From the NCBI RefSeq assembly GCF_009914755.1, contig NC_060928.1: DNA of 64,000 nt, one strand, 5' to 3'. Both the position numbers and the translations under genes were made by a program. This DNA is from the human T2T-CHM13v2.0 reference genome, Homo sapiens. Every line of letters begins with the position of its first letter. Within the stretch, counting starts at the first letter, position 1. The notes under the pieces were generated by a model. It did no database searches and was not told where the DNA came from. It was given only the letters and a program-made list of their open reading frames with translations. This document shows, one piece after another, positions 1 through 12,258 of the stretch.

Positions 1-37
1 TAGAATCTGCAGGTGGATATTTGGATAGCTTAGAGGG

Positions 38-54
38 ATTCGTTGGAAAGGGGA
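38..54 (+). other. Degenerate CENP-B box (m18)
   Basis: ATTCGTTGGAAAGGGGA: CGGG changed to GGGG. Confidence 0.85.
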
Positions 55-207
55 TATCTTCATATAAAATCTAGACAGAAGCATTCTCAGAAACTTATTT
101 GTGATGTGTGTCCTCAACTAACAGAGTTGAACCTTGGTTTTGATACAGCATTTTGGAAACACTCCTTTTGTAGAATCTGCAGGTGGATATGTGGATAGCT
201 CTGAAGA

Positions 208-224
208 TTTCGTTGGAAACGGGA
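208..224 (+). promoter_or_regulatory. CENP-B box (m19), representative copy; recurs in every HOR
   Basis: TTTCGTTGGAAACGGGA matches core NTTCGNNNNANNCGGGN. Confidence 0.95.
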
Positions 225-548
225 ATTTCTTCATATAAAATCAAACAGAAGCATTCTCAGAAACTTCTCAGTGATGTTTGCATTCAGCTCATGGAGTTGA
301 ACACTTCCTTTCATAGAGCCGGTTTGAAACACTCTTTCTGCACTACCTGGAAGAGGACATTTCGAGCGCTTTGAGTCCTATGGTGAAAAAGGAAATATCT
401 TCTCATAAAAACCAGAAAGAAGCATTCTCAGAAACTTCTTTGTGTTGTGTGTACTCATGTAACAGTGTTGAACCATCCTTTTGACAGAGCAGTTTTGAAA
501 CACTCTTTTTGTAGAATCTGCAAGTGGATATTTGGATAGCTTTGAGGA

Positions 549-565
549 TTTCGTTGGAAACGGGA
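549..565 (+). promoter_or_regulatory. CENP-B box (m2), representative copy
   Basis: TTTCGTTGGAAACGGGA. Confidence 0.95.
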
Positions 566-886
566 TGACATATAATATCTAGAGAGAAGCATTCTCAGGA
601 ACTTCTTTGTGATGTTTGCATTCAAGTCACAGAATTGAACATTCCCTTTCATAGAGCAGGTTTGAAACACTCTTTCTCTAGTATCTGGAAGTGGGCATTT
701 CAAGCGCTTTCAGGCCTATGGAGAGAAAGGAAATACCTTCAAATAAAAACTAGACAGAAGCATTCTCAGAAACTTATTTGTGATGTGTGTCCTCAACTAA
801 CAGAGTTGAACCTTTGTTTTGATACAGCATTTTGGAAACACTCCTTTTGTAGAATCTGCAGGTGGATATTTGGATAACTTTGAAGA

Positions 887-903
887 TTTCGTTGGAAACC
901 GGA
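887..903 (+). other. Degenerate CENP-B box (m4), fixed in all HOR copies
   Basis: TTTCGTTGGAAACCGGA: CGGG core changed to CCGG. Confidence 0.85.
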
Positions 904-1229
904 ATATCTTCATATAAAATCAAGACAGAAGCATTCTCGGAAACATCTCTGTGATGTTTGCATTCAACTCAGTAGAGTTGAACACTTCCTTTCATAGAGC
1001 CGGTTTGAAACACTCTTTCTGCACTACCTGGAAGCGGACATTTCGAGCGCTTTGAGGCCTATGGTGAAAAAGGAAATATCTTCTCATAAAAACCAGAAAG
1101 AAGCATTCTCAGAAACTTCTTTGTGTTGTGTGTACTCAAGTAACAGTGTTGAACCTTCCTTTTGACACAGCAGTTTTGAAACACTCTTTTGGTAGAATCT
1201 GCAAGTGGATATTTGGATAGCTTTGAGGA

Positions 1230-1246
1230 TTTCGTTGGAAACGGGT
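1230..1246 (+). promoter_or_regulatory. CENP-B box (m6), representative copy
   Basis: TTTCGTTGGAAACGGGT; all 9 core bases intact. Confidence 0.9.
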
Positions 1247-1399
1247 TATCTTCATATAAAATCCAGACAGGAGCATTCTCAGAAACTTCTTTGTGCTGCA
1301 TGTCCTCAATTCACAGAGCTGAACCTTTGTTTGGATACAGCATTTTGGAAACATTCCTTTAGTAGAATCTGCAAGTTGATATTTAGATAGCTTTGAAGA

Positions 1400-1416
1400 T
1401 TTCGTTGGAAACGGGA
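1400..1416 (+). promoter_or_regulatory. CENP-B box (m7), representative copy
   Basis: TTTCGTTGGAAACGGGA. Confidence 0.95.
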
Positions 1417-1739
1417 ATATCTTCATAGAAAATCTAGACGGAAGCATTCTCAGAAACTGCTTTGTGATGTTTGCATTCAAGTCACAGAGTTGAATATTCC
1501 CTTTTATAGAGTAGGTTTGAAACACTCTTTCGGCACTACCTGGAAGTGGATATTTCGAGCTCTTTGAGGCCTATGGTTAAAAGGAAATATCTTCCCATAA
1601 AAACTAGACAGAAGCCGTCTCAGAAACTTGTTTGTGATGTGTGTATTCAACTAACAGAGTTGAACATTTCTGTTACAGAGCAATTTTAAAACACTCTTTT
1701 TGTGGAATCTGAAAGTGGATAATTGGATAGCTTTGTGGA

Positions 1740-1756
1740 TTTCGTTGGAAACGGGA
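1740..1756 (+). promoter_or_regulatory. CENP-B box (m9), representative copy
   Basis: TTTCGTTGGAAACGGGA. Confidence 0.95.
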
Positions 1757-2077
1757 TGACGTATAAAATCTAGAGAGAAGCATTCTCAGGAACTTCTTTC
1801 TGATGTTTGCATTCAAGTCACAGAATTGAACATTCCTTTTCATAGTGCAGGTTTGAAACACTCTTTCTGTAGTATCTGGAAGTGGACATTTCAAGCGCTT
1901 TCAGGCCTACGGGGAGAAAGGAAATATCTTCAAATAAAAACGAGACAGAAGGATTCTCAGAAACTTATTTGTGATGTGTGTCCTAAACGAAAACAGTTGA
2001 ACCTTTGTTTTGATACAGCATTTTGGAAACACTCCTTTTGTAGGATCTGCAGGTGGATATTTGGATAGATTTTAAGA

Positions 2078-2094
2078 TTTCGTTGGAAACGGGA
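2078..2094 (+). promoter_or_regulatory. CENP-B box (m11), representative copy
   Basis: TTTCGTTGGAAACGGGA. Confidence 0.95.
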
Positions 2095-2419
2095 GTTTCT
2101 TCATAGAAACTCAAGACAGATGCATTCTCAGAAACATCTCTGTGATGTTTGCATTCCACTCATAGAGTTGAAAACTTCCTTTCATAGAGCAGGTTTGAAA
2201 CACTCTTTTTGTAATATTTGGAAGTGGACATTTGCAGCGCTTTGAGGCCTATGGTGAAAAAGGAAATATCTTCTCATAAAAACCAGAAACAAGCATTCTC
2301 AGAAACTTCTTTTTGATGTGTGTACTCAAGTAACAGAGTTGAACCTTCCTTTTGACACAGCAGTTTTGAAACAATCTTTTTGTAGAATCTGCAAGTGGAT
2401 ATTTGGATAGCTTTGAGGA

Positions 2420-2436
2420 TTTCGTTGGAAACGGGA
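2420..2436 (+). promoter_or_regulatory. CENP-B box (m13), representative copy
   Basis: TTTCGTTGGAAACGGGA. Confidence 0.95.
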
Positions 2437-2589
2437 TATCTTCATATAAAATCTAGACAGAAGCATTCTCAGAAACTTCTTTGTGCTGTATGTCCTCAAT
2501 TAACAGAGTTGAACCATTGCTTGGATACAGCATTTTGGAAACATTCCTTTAGTAGAATCTGCAAGTTGATATTTAGATAGATTTGAAGA

Positions 2590-2606
2590 TTTCGTTGGAA
2601 AAGGGA
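2590..2606 (+). other. Degenerate CENP-B box (m14)
   Basis: TTTCGTTGGAAAAGGGA: CGGG changed to AGGG. Confidence 0.85.
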
Positions 2607-2931
2607 ATATCTCCATATAAAATCTAGACGGAAGCATTCTCAGAAACTGCTTTGTGATGTTTCCATTCAAGTCACAGAGTTGAATATTCCCTTTTATAGA
2701 GCACGTTTGAAACACTCTTTCTGCACTATCTGGAAGTGGACATTTCGAGCGCTTTGAGGCCTATGGTGAAAAAGGAAATATCTTCCCATAAAAATTAGAC
2801 AGAAGCATTCTCAGAAACTTGTTTGTGATGTGTGTATTCAACTAACAGAGTTGAACTTTTGTTTTTACAGAGCCGTTTTAAAACACTCTTTTTGTGGAAT
2901 CAGAAAGTGGATATTCGGATGGCTCTGAGGA

Positions 2932-2948
2932 TTTCGTTGGAAGCGGGA
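2932..2948 (+). promoter_or_regulatory. CENP-B box (m16), representative copy
   Basis: TTTCGTTGGAAGCGGGA matches YTTCGTTGGAARCGGGA. Confidence 0.93.
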
Positions 2949-5900
2949 TTACATATAAAATCTAGAGAGAAGCATTCTCAGGAACTTCTTTGTGATGTTT
3001 GCATTGAAGTCACAGAATTGAACATTCACTTTGATAGAGCAGGTTTGAAACACTCATTCTGTAGTATCTGGAAGTGGACATTTCAAGCGCTTTCAGGCCT
3101 ATGGTGAGAAAGGAAATATCTTCGAATAAAAACTAGACAGAAGCATCCTCAGAAACTTATTTGTGATGTGTGTCCTCAACTAACAGAGTTGAAACTTTGT
3201 TTTGATACAGCATTTTGGAAACACTCCTTTTGTAGAATCTGCAGGTGGATATGTGGATAGCTCTGAAGATTTCGTTGGAAACGGGAATTTCTTCATATAA
3301 AATCAAACAGAAGCATTCTCAGAAACTTCTCAGTGATGTTTGCATTCAGCTCATGGAGTTGAACACTTCCTTTCATAGAGCCGGTTTGAAACACTCTTTC
3401 TGCACTACCTGGAAGAGGCCATTTCGAGCGCTTTGAGTCCTATGGTGAAAAAGGAAATATCTTCTCATAAAAACCAGAAAGAAGCATTCTGAGAAACTTC
3501 TTTGTGTTGTGTGTACTCATGTAACAGTGTTGAACCATCCTTTTGACAGAGCAGTTTTGAAACACTCTTTTTGTAGAATCTGCAAGTGGATATTTGGATA
3601 GCTTTGAGGATTTCGTTGGAAACGGGATGACATATAATATCTAGAGAGAAGCATTCTCAGGAACTTCTTTGTGATGTTTGCATTCAAGTCACAGAATTGA
3701 ACATTCCCTTTCATAGAGCAGATTTGAAACACTCTTTCTCTAGTATCTGGAAGTGGGCATTTCAAGCGCTTTCAGGCCTATAGAGAGAAAGGAAATACCT
3801 TCAAATAAAAACTAGACAGAAGCATTCTCAGAAACTTATTTGTGATGTGTGTCCTCAACTAACAGAGTTGAACCTTTGTTTTGATACAGCATTTTGGAAA
3901 CACTCCTTTTGTAGAATCTGCAGGTGGATATTTGGATAGCTTTGAAGATTTTGTTGGAAACCGGAATATCTTGATATAAAATCAAGACAGAAGCATTCTC
4001 GGAAACATCTCTGTGATGTTTGCATTCAACTCAGTAGAGTTGAACACTTCCTTTCATAGAGCCGGTTTGAAACACTCTTTCTGCACTACCTGGAAGCGGA
4101 CATTTCGAGCGCTTTGAGGCCTATGGTGAAAAAGGAAATATCTTCTCATAAAAACCAGAAAGAAGCATTCTCAGAAACTTCTTTGTGTTGTGTGTACTCA
4201 AGTAACAGTGTTGAACCTTCCTTTTGACACAGCAGTTTTGAAACACTCTTTTGGTAGAATCTGCAAGTGGATATTTGGATAGCTTTGAGGATTTCGTTGG
4301 AAACGGGTTATCTTCATATAAAATCCAGACAGGAGCATTCTCAGAAACTTCTTTGTGCTGCATGTCCTCAATTCACAGAGCTGAACCTTTGTTTGGATAC
4401 AGCATTTTGGAAACATTCCTTTAGTAGAATCTGCAAGTTGATATTTAGATAGCTTTGAAGATTTCGTTGGAAACGGGAATATCTTCATAGAAAATCTAGA
4501 CGGAAGCATTCTCAGAAACTGCTTTGTGATGTTTGCATTCAAGTCACAGAGTTGAATATTCCCTTTTATAGAGTAGGTTTGAAACACTCTTTCGGCACTA
4601 CCTGGAAGTGGATATTTCGAGCTCTTTGAGGCCTATGGTTAAAAGGAAATATCTTCCCATAAAAACTAGACAGAAGCCGTCTCAGAAACTTGTTTGTGAT
4701 GTGTGTATTCAACTAACAGAGTTGAACATTTCTGTTACAGAGCAATTTTAAAACACTCTTTTTGTGGAATCTGAAAGTGGATAATTGGATAGCTTTGTGG
4801 ATTTCGTTGGAAACGGGATGACGTATAAAATCTAGATTGAAGCATTCTCAGGAACTTCTTTCTGATGTTTGCATTCAAGTCACAGAATTGAACATTCCTT
4901 TTCATAGTGCAGGTTTGAAACACTCTTTCTGTAGTATCTGGAAGTGGACATTTCAAGCGCTTTCAGGCCTACGGGGAGAAAGGAAATATCTTCAAATAAA
5001 AACTAGATAGAAGGATTCTCAGAAACTTATTTGTGATGTGTGTCCTAAACGAACACAGTTGAACCTTTGTTTTGATACAGCATTTTGGAAACACTCCTTT
5101 TGTAGGATCTGTAGGTGGATATTTGGATAGATTTTAAGATTTCGTTGGAAACGGGAGTTTCTTCATAGAAACTCAAGACAGATGCATTATCAGAAACATC
5201 TCTGTGATGTTTGCATTCCACTCATAGAGTTGAAAACTTCCTTTCATAGAGCAGGTTTGAAACACTCTTTTTGTAATATTTGGAAGTGGACATTTGCAGC
5301 GCTTTGAGGCCTATGGTGAAAAAGGAAATATCTTCTCATAAAAACCAGAAACAAGCATTCTCAGAAACTTCTTTTTGATGTGTGTACTCAAGTAACAGAG
5401 TTGAACCTTCCTTTTGACACAGCAGTTTTGAAACAATCTTTTTGTAGAATCTGCAAGTGGATATTTGGATAGCTTTGAGGATTTCGTTGGAAACGGGATA
5501 TCTTCATATAAAATCTAGACAGAAGCATTCTCAGAAACTTCTTTGTGCTGTATGTCCTCAATTAACAGAGTTGAACCATTGCTTGGATACAGCATTTTGG
5601 AAACATTCCTTTAGTAGAATGTGCAAGTTGATATTTAGATAGATTTGAAGATTTCGTTGGAAAAGGGAATATCTCCATATAAAATCTAGACGGAAGCATT
5701 CTCAGAAACTGCTTTGTGATGTTTCCATTCAAGTCACAGAGTTGAATATTCCCTTTTATAGAGCACGTTTGAAACACTCTTTCTGCACTATCTGGAAGTG
5801 GACATTTCGAGCGCTTTGAGGCCTATGGTGAAAAAGGAAATATCTTCCCATAAAAACTAGACAGAAGCATTCTCAGAAACTTGTTTGTGATGTGTGTATT

Positions 5901-6306
5901 CAACTAACAGAGTTGAACTTTTGTTTTTACAGAGCCGTTTTAAAACACTCTTTTTGTGGAATCAGAAAATGGATATTCGGATGGCTCTGAGGATTTCGTT
6001 GGAAGCGCGATTACATATAAAATCTAGAGAGAAGCATTCTCAGGAACTTCTTTGTGATGTTTGCATTGAAGTCACAGAATTGAACATTCACTTTGATAGA
6101 GCAGGTTTGAAACACTCATTCTGTAGTATCTGGAAGTGGACATTTCAAGCGCTTTCAGGCCTATGGTGAAAAAGGAAATATCTTCGAATAAAAACTAGAC
6201 AGAAGCATCCTCAGAAACTTATTTGTGATGTGTGTCCTCAACTAACAGAGTTGAAACTTTGTTTTGATACAGTATTTTGGAAACACTCCTTTTGTAGAAT
6301 CTGCAG

Positions 6307-8176
6307 GTGGATATGTGGATAGCTCTGAAGATTTCGTTGGAAACGGGAATTTCTTCATATAAAATCAAACAGAAGCATTCTCAGAAACTTCTCAGTGATG
6401 TTTGCATTCAGCTCATGGAGTTGAACACTTCCTTTCATAGAGCCGGTTTGAAACACTCTTTCTGCACTACCTGGAAGAGGCCATTTCGAGCGCTTTGAGT
6501 CCTATGGTGAAAAAGGAAATATCTTCTCATAAAAACCAGAAAGAAGCATTCTGAGAAACTTCTTTGTGTTGTGTGTACTCATGTAACAGTGTTGAACCAT
6601 CCTTTTGACAGAGCAGTTTTGAAACACTCTTTTTGTAGAATCTGCAAGTGGATATTTGGATAGCTTTGAGGATTTCGTTGGAAACGGGATGACATATAAT
6701 ATCTAGAGAGAAGCATTCTCAGGAACTTCTTTGTGCTGTTTGCATTCAAGTCACAGAATTGAACATTCCCTTTCATAGAGCAGATTTGAAACACTCTTTC
6801 TCTAGTATCTGGAAGTGGGCATTTCAAGCGCTTTCAGGCCTATAGAGAGAAAGGAAATACCTTCAAATAAAAACTAGACGGAAGCATTCTCAGAAACTTA
6901 TTTGTGATGTGTGTCCTCAACTAACAGAGTTGAACCTTTGTTTTGATACAGCATTTTGGAAACACTCCTTTTGTAGAATCTGCAGGTGGATATTTGGATA
7001 GCTTTGAAGATTTCGTTGGAAACCGGAATATCTTGATATAAAATCAAGACAGAAGCATTCTCGGAAACATCTCTGTGATGTTTGCATTCAACTCAGTAGA
7101 GTTGAACACTTCCTTTCATAGAGCCGGTTTGAAACACTCTTTCTGCACTACCTGGAAGCGGACATTTCGAGCGCTTTGAGGCCTATGGTGAAAAAGGAAA
7201 TATCTTCTCATAAAAACCAGAAAGAAGCATTCTCAGAAACTTCTTTGTGTTGTGTGTACTCAAGTAACAGTGTTGAACCTTCCTTTTGACACAGCAGTTT
7301 TGAAACACTCTTTTGGTAGAATCTGCAAGTGGATATTTGGATAGCTTTGAGGATTTCGTTGGAAACGGGTTATCTTCATATAAAATCCAGACAGGAGCAT
7401 TCTCAGAAACTTCTTTGTGCTGCATGTCCTCAATTCACAGAGCTGAACCTTTGTTTGGATACAGCATTTTGGAAACATTCCTTTAGTAGAATCTGCAAGT
7501 TGATATTTAGATAGCTTTGAAGATTTCGTTGGAAACGGGAATATCTTCATAGAAAATCTAGACGGAAGCATTCTCAGAAACTGCTTTGTGATGTTTGCAT
7601 TCAAGTCACAGAGTTGAATATTCCCTTTTATAGAGTAGGTTTGAAACACTCTTTCGGCACTACCTGGAAGTGGATATTTCGAGCTCTTTGAGGCCTATGG
7701 TTAAAAGGAAATATCTTCCCATAAAAACTAGACAGAAGCCGTCTCAGAAACTTGTTTGTGATGTGTGTATTCAACTAACAGAGTTGAACATTTCTGTTAC
7801 AGAGCAATTTTAAAACACTCTTTTTGTGGAATCTGAAAGTGGATAATTGGATAGCTTTGTGGATTTCGTTGGAAACGGGATGACGTATAAAATCTAGATT
7901 GAAGCATTCTCAGGAACTTCTTTCTGATGTTTGCATTCAAGTCACAGAATTGAACATTCCTTTTCATAGTGCAGGTTTGAAACACTCTTTCTGTAGTATC
8001 TGGAAGTGGACATTTCAAGCGCTTTCAGGCCTACGGGGAGAAAGGAAATATCTTCAAATAAAAACTAGATAGAAGGATTCTCAGAAACTTATTTGTGATG
8101 TGTGTCCTAAACGAACACAGTTGAACCTTTGTTTTGATACAGCATTTTGGAAACACTCCTTTTGTAGAATCTGCAG
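6307..8176 (+). repeat. 11-mer HOR variant (1870 bp) with m11/m19 hybrid
   Basis: The m11 5' part (AAGGATTCTC...CCTAAACGAACAC) joins the m19 3' part (TAGAATCTGCAGGTGGATATGTGG) at ~8131-8167; 1362 bp shorter than the 19-mer. Confidence 0.95.
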
Positions 8177-11100
8177 GTGGATATGTGGATAGCTCTGAAG
8201 ATTTCGTTGGAAACGGGAATTTCTTCATATAAAATCAAACAGAAGCATTCTCAGAAACTTCTCAGTGATGTTTGCATTCAGCTCATGGAGTTGAACACTT
8301 CCTTTCATAGAGCCGGTTTGAAACACTCTTTCTGCACTACCTGGAAGAGGACATTTCGAGCGCTTTGAGTCCTATGGTGAAAAAGGAAATATCTTCTCAT
8401 AAAAACCAGAAAGAAACATTCTCAGAAACTTCTTTGTGTTGTGTGTACTCATGTAACAGTGTTGAACCATCCTTTTGACAGAGCAGTTTTGAAACACTCT
8501 TTTTGTAGAATCTGCAAGTGGATATTTGGATAGCTTTCAGGATTTCGTTGGAAACGGGATGACATATAATATCTAGAGAGAAGCATTCTCAGGAACTTCT
8601 TTGTGATGTTTGCATTCAAGTCACAGAATTGAACATTCCCTTTCATAGAGCAGGTTTGAAACACTCTTTCTCTAGTATCTGGAAGTGGGCATTTCAAGAG
8701 CTTTCAGGCCTATGGAGAGAAAGGAAATACCTTCAAATAAAAACTAGACAGAAGCATTCTCAGAAACTTATTTGTGATGTGTGTCCTCAACTAACAGAGT
8801 TGAACCTTTGTTTTGATACAGCATTTTGGAAACACTCCTTTTGTAGAATCTGCAGGTGGATATTTGGATAACTTTGAAGATTTCGTTGGAAACCGGAATA
8901 TCTTCATATAAAATCAAGACAGAAGCATTCTCGGAAACATCTCTGTGATGTTTACATTCCACTCATAGAGTTGAAAACTTCCTTTCATAGAGCAGGTTTG
9001 AAACACTCTTTTTGTAATATTTGGAAGTGGACATTTGCAGCGCTTTGAGGCCTATGGTGAAAAAGGAAATATCTTCTCATAAAAACCAGAAACAAGCATT
9101 CTCAGAAACTTCTTTTTGATGTGTGTACTCAAGTAACAGAGTTGAACCTTCCTTTTGACACAGCAGTTTTGAAACAATCTTTTTGTAGAATCTGCAAGTG
9201 GATATTTGGATAGCTTTGAGGATTTCGTTGGAAACGGGTTATCTTCATATAAAATCTAGACAGAAGCATTCTCAGAAACTTCTTTGTGCTGTATGTCCTC
9301 AATTAACAGAGTTGAACCATTGCTTGGATACAGCATTTTGGAAACATTCCTTGAGTAGAATGTGCAAGTTGATATTTAGATAGATTTGAAGATTTCGTTT
9401 GAAAAGGGAATATCTCCATATAAAATCTAGAGGGAAGCATTCTCAGAAACTGCTTTGTGATGTTTCCATTCAAGTCACAGAGTTGAATATTCCCTTTTAT
9501 AGAGCACGTTTGAAACACTCTTTCTGCACTATCTGGAAGTGGACATTTCGAGCGCTTTGAGGCCTATGGTGAAAAAGGAAATATCTTCCCATAAAAACTA
9601 GACAGAAGCATTCTCAGAAACTTGTTTGTGATGTGTGTATTCAACTAACAGAGTTGAACTTTTGTTTTTACAGAGCCGTTTTAAAACACTCTTTTTGTGG
9701 AATCAGAAAGTGGATATTCGGATGGCTCTGAGGATTTCGTTGGAAGCGGGATTACATATAAAATCTAGAGAGAAGCATTCTCAGGAACTTCTTTGTGATG
9801 TTTGCATTGAAGTCACAGAATTGAACATTCAATTTGATAGAGCAGGTTTGAAACACTCATTCTGTAGTATCTGGAAGTGGACATTTCAAGCGCTTTCAGG
9901 CCTATGGTGAGAAAGGAAATATCTTCGAATAAAAACTAGACAGAAGCATCCTCAGAAACTTATTTGTGATGTGTGTCCTCAACTAACAGAGTTGAAACTT
10001 TGTTTTGATACAGCATTTTGGAAACACTCTTTTTGTAGAATCTGCAGGTGGATATTTGGATAGCTTAGAGGGATTCGTTGGAAAGGGGATATCTTCATAT
10101 AAAATCTAGACAGAAGCATTCTCAGAAACTTATTTGTGATGTGTGTCCTCAACTAACAGAGTTGAACCTTGGTTTTGATACAGCATTTTGGAAACACTCC
10201 TTTTGTAGAATCTGCAGGTGGATATGTGGATAGCTCTGAAGATTTCGTTGGAAACGGGAATTTCTTCATATAAAATCAAACAGAAGCATTCTCAGAAACT
10301 TCTCAGTGATGTTTGCATTCAGCTCATGGAGTTGAACACTTCCTTTCATAGAGCCGGTTTGAAACACTCTTTCTGCACTACCTGGAAGAGGCCATTTCGA
10401 GCGCTTTGAGTCCTATGGTGAAAAAGGAAATATCTTCTCATAAAAACCAGAAAGAAGCATTCTCAGAAACTTCTTTGTGTTGTGTGTACTCATGTAACAG
10501 TGTTGAACCATCCTTTTGACAGAGCAGTTTTGAAACACTCTTTTTGTAGAATCTGCAAGTGGATATTTGGATAGCTTTGAGGATTTCGTTGGAAACGGGA
10601 TGACATATAATATCTAGAGAGAAGCATTCTCAGGAACTTCTTTGTGATGTTTGCATTCAAGTCACAGAATTGAACATTCCCTTTCATAGAGCAGGTTTGA
10701 AACACTCTTTCTCTAGTATCTGGAAGTGGGCATTTCAAGCGCTTTCAGGCCTATGGAGAGAAAGGAAATACCTTCAAATAAAAACTAGACAGAAGCATTC
10801 TCAGAAACTTATTTGTGATGTGTGTCCTCAACTAACAGAGTTGAACCTTTGTTTTGATACAGCATTTTGGAAACACTCCTTTTGTAGAATCTGCAGGTGG
10901 ATATTTGGATAACTTTGAAGATTTCGTTGGAAACCGGAATATCTTCATATAAAATCAAGACAGAAGCATTCTCGGAAACATCTCTGTGATGTTTACATTC
11001 CACTCATAGAGTTGAAAACTTCCTTTCATAGAGCAGGTTTGAAACACTCTTTTTGTAATATTTGGAAGTGGACATTTGCAGCGCTTTGAGGCCTATGGTG

Positions 11101-12258
11101 AAAAAGGAAATATCTTCTCATAAAAACCAGAAACAAGCATTCTCAGAAACTTCTTTTTGATGTGTGTACTCAAGTAACAGAGTTGAACCTTCCTTTTGAC
11201 ACAGCAGTTTTGAAACAATCTTTTTGTAGAATCTGCAAGTGGATATTTGGATAGCTTTGAGGATTTCGTTGGAAACGGGTTATCTTCATATAAAATCTAG
11301 ACAGAAGCATTCTCAGAAACTTCTTTGTGCTGTATGTCCTCAGTTAACAGAGTTGAACCATTGCTTGGATACAGCATTTTGGAAACATTCCTTGAGTAGA
11401 ATCTGCAAGTTGATATTTAGATAGATTTGAAGATTTCGTTGGAAAAGGGAATATCTCCATATAAAATCTAGAGGGAAGCATTCTCAGAAACTGCTTTGTG
11501 ATGTTTTCATTCAAGTCACAGAGTTGAATATTCCCTTTTATAGAGCACGTTTGAAACACTCTTTCTGCACTATCTGGAAGTGGACATTTCGAGCGCTTTG
11601 AGGCCTATGGTGAAAAAGGAAATATCTTCCCATAAAAACTAGACAGAAGCATTCTCAGAAACTTGTTTGTGATGTGTGTATTCAACTAACAGAGTTGAAC
11701 TTTTGTTTTTACAGAGCCATTTTAAAACACTCTTTTTGTGGAATCAGAAAGTGGATATTCGGATGGCTCTGAGGATTTCGTTGGAAGCGGGATTACATAT
11801 AAAATCTAGAGAGAAGCATTCTCAGGAACTTCTTTGTGATGTTTGCATTGAAGTCACAGAATTGAACATTCACTTTGATAGAGCAGGTTTGAAACACTCA
11901 TTCTGTAGTATCTGGAAGTGGACATTTCAAGCGCTTTCAGGCCTATGGTGAGAAAGGAAATATCTTCGAATAAAAACTAGACAGAAGCATCCTCAGAAAC
12001 TTATTTGTGATGTGTGTCCTCAACTAACAGAGTTGAAACTTTGTTTTGATACAGCATTTTGGAAACACTCTTTTTGTAGAATCTGCAGGTGGATATTTGG
12101 ATAGCTTAGAGGGATTCGTTGGAAAGGGGATATCTTCATATAAAATCTAGACAGAAGCATTCTCAGAAACTTATTTGTGATGTGTGTCCTCAACTAACAG
12201 AGTTGAACCTTGGTTTTGATACAGCATTTTGGAAACGCTCCTTTTGTAGAATCTGCAG
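8177..12258 (+). repeat. Two tandem 12-mer HOR variants (2041 bp each) with m5/m12 hybrid
   Basis: m5 start CATTCTCGGAAACATC joins m12 body CATTCCACTCATAGAGTTGAAAAC at ~8935-8960 and ~10976-11001; spacing 2041 bp. Confidence 0.95.

Larger units (their letters stand above)
183..6306 (+). repeat. Two tandem 18-mer HOR variants (3062 bp each: 183-3244, 3245-6306) with m18/m19 hybrid monomer
   Basis: Spacing 3062 bp. The m18 start (AAGCATCCTCAG...GAAACTTTG) runs directly into the m19 end (ACTCCTTTTGTAG...GATATGTGG) at ~3199-3227; the GCTTAGAGGGATTCG segment is absent. Confidence 0.95.

Noticed and set aside
183-6306. ~3.06 kb 18-mer suggests D6Z1 (chr6)
   Set aside because: It is the 19-mer minus one monomer, with a visible m18/m19 hybrid; the size match is coincidental.
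6307-10217. 11-mer plus 12-mer read as a single 23-mer (19+4) unit
   Set aside because: Arithmetically possible as an origin, but 12-mers also follow complete m18-m19 ends (10218, 19232), so they are treated as separate units. The sequence cannot decide the origin.
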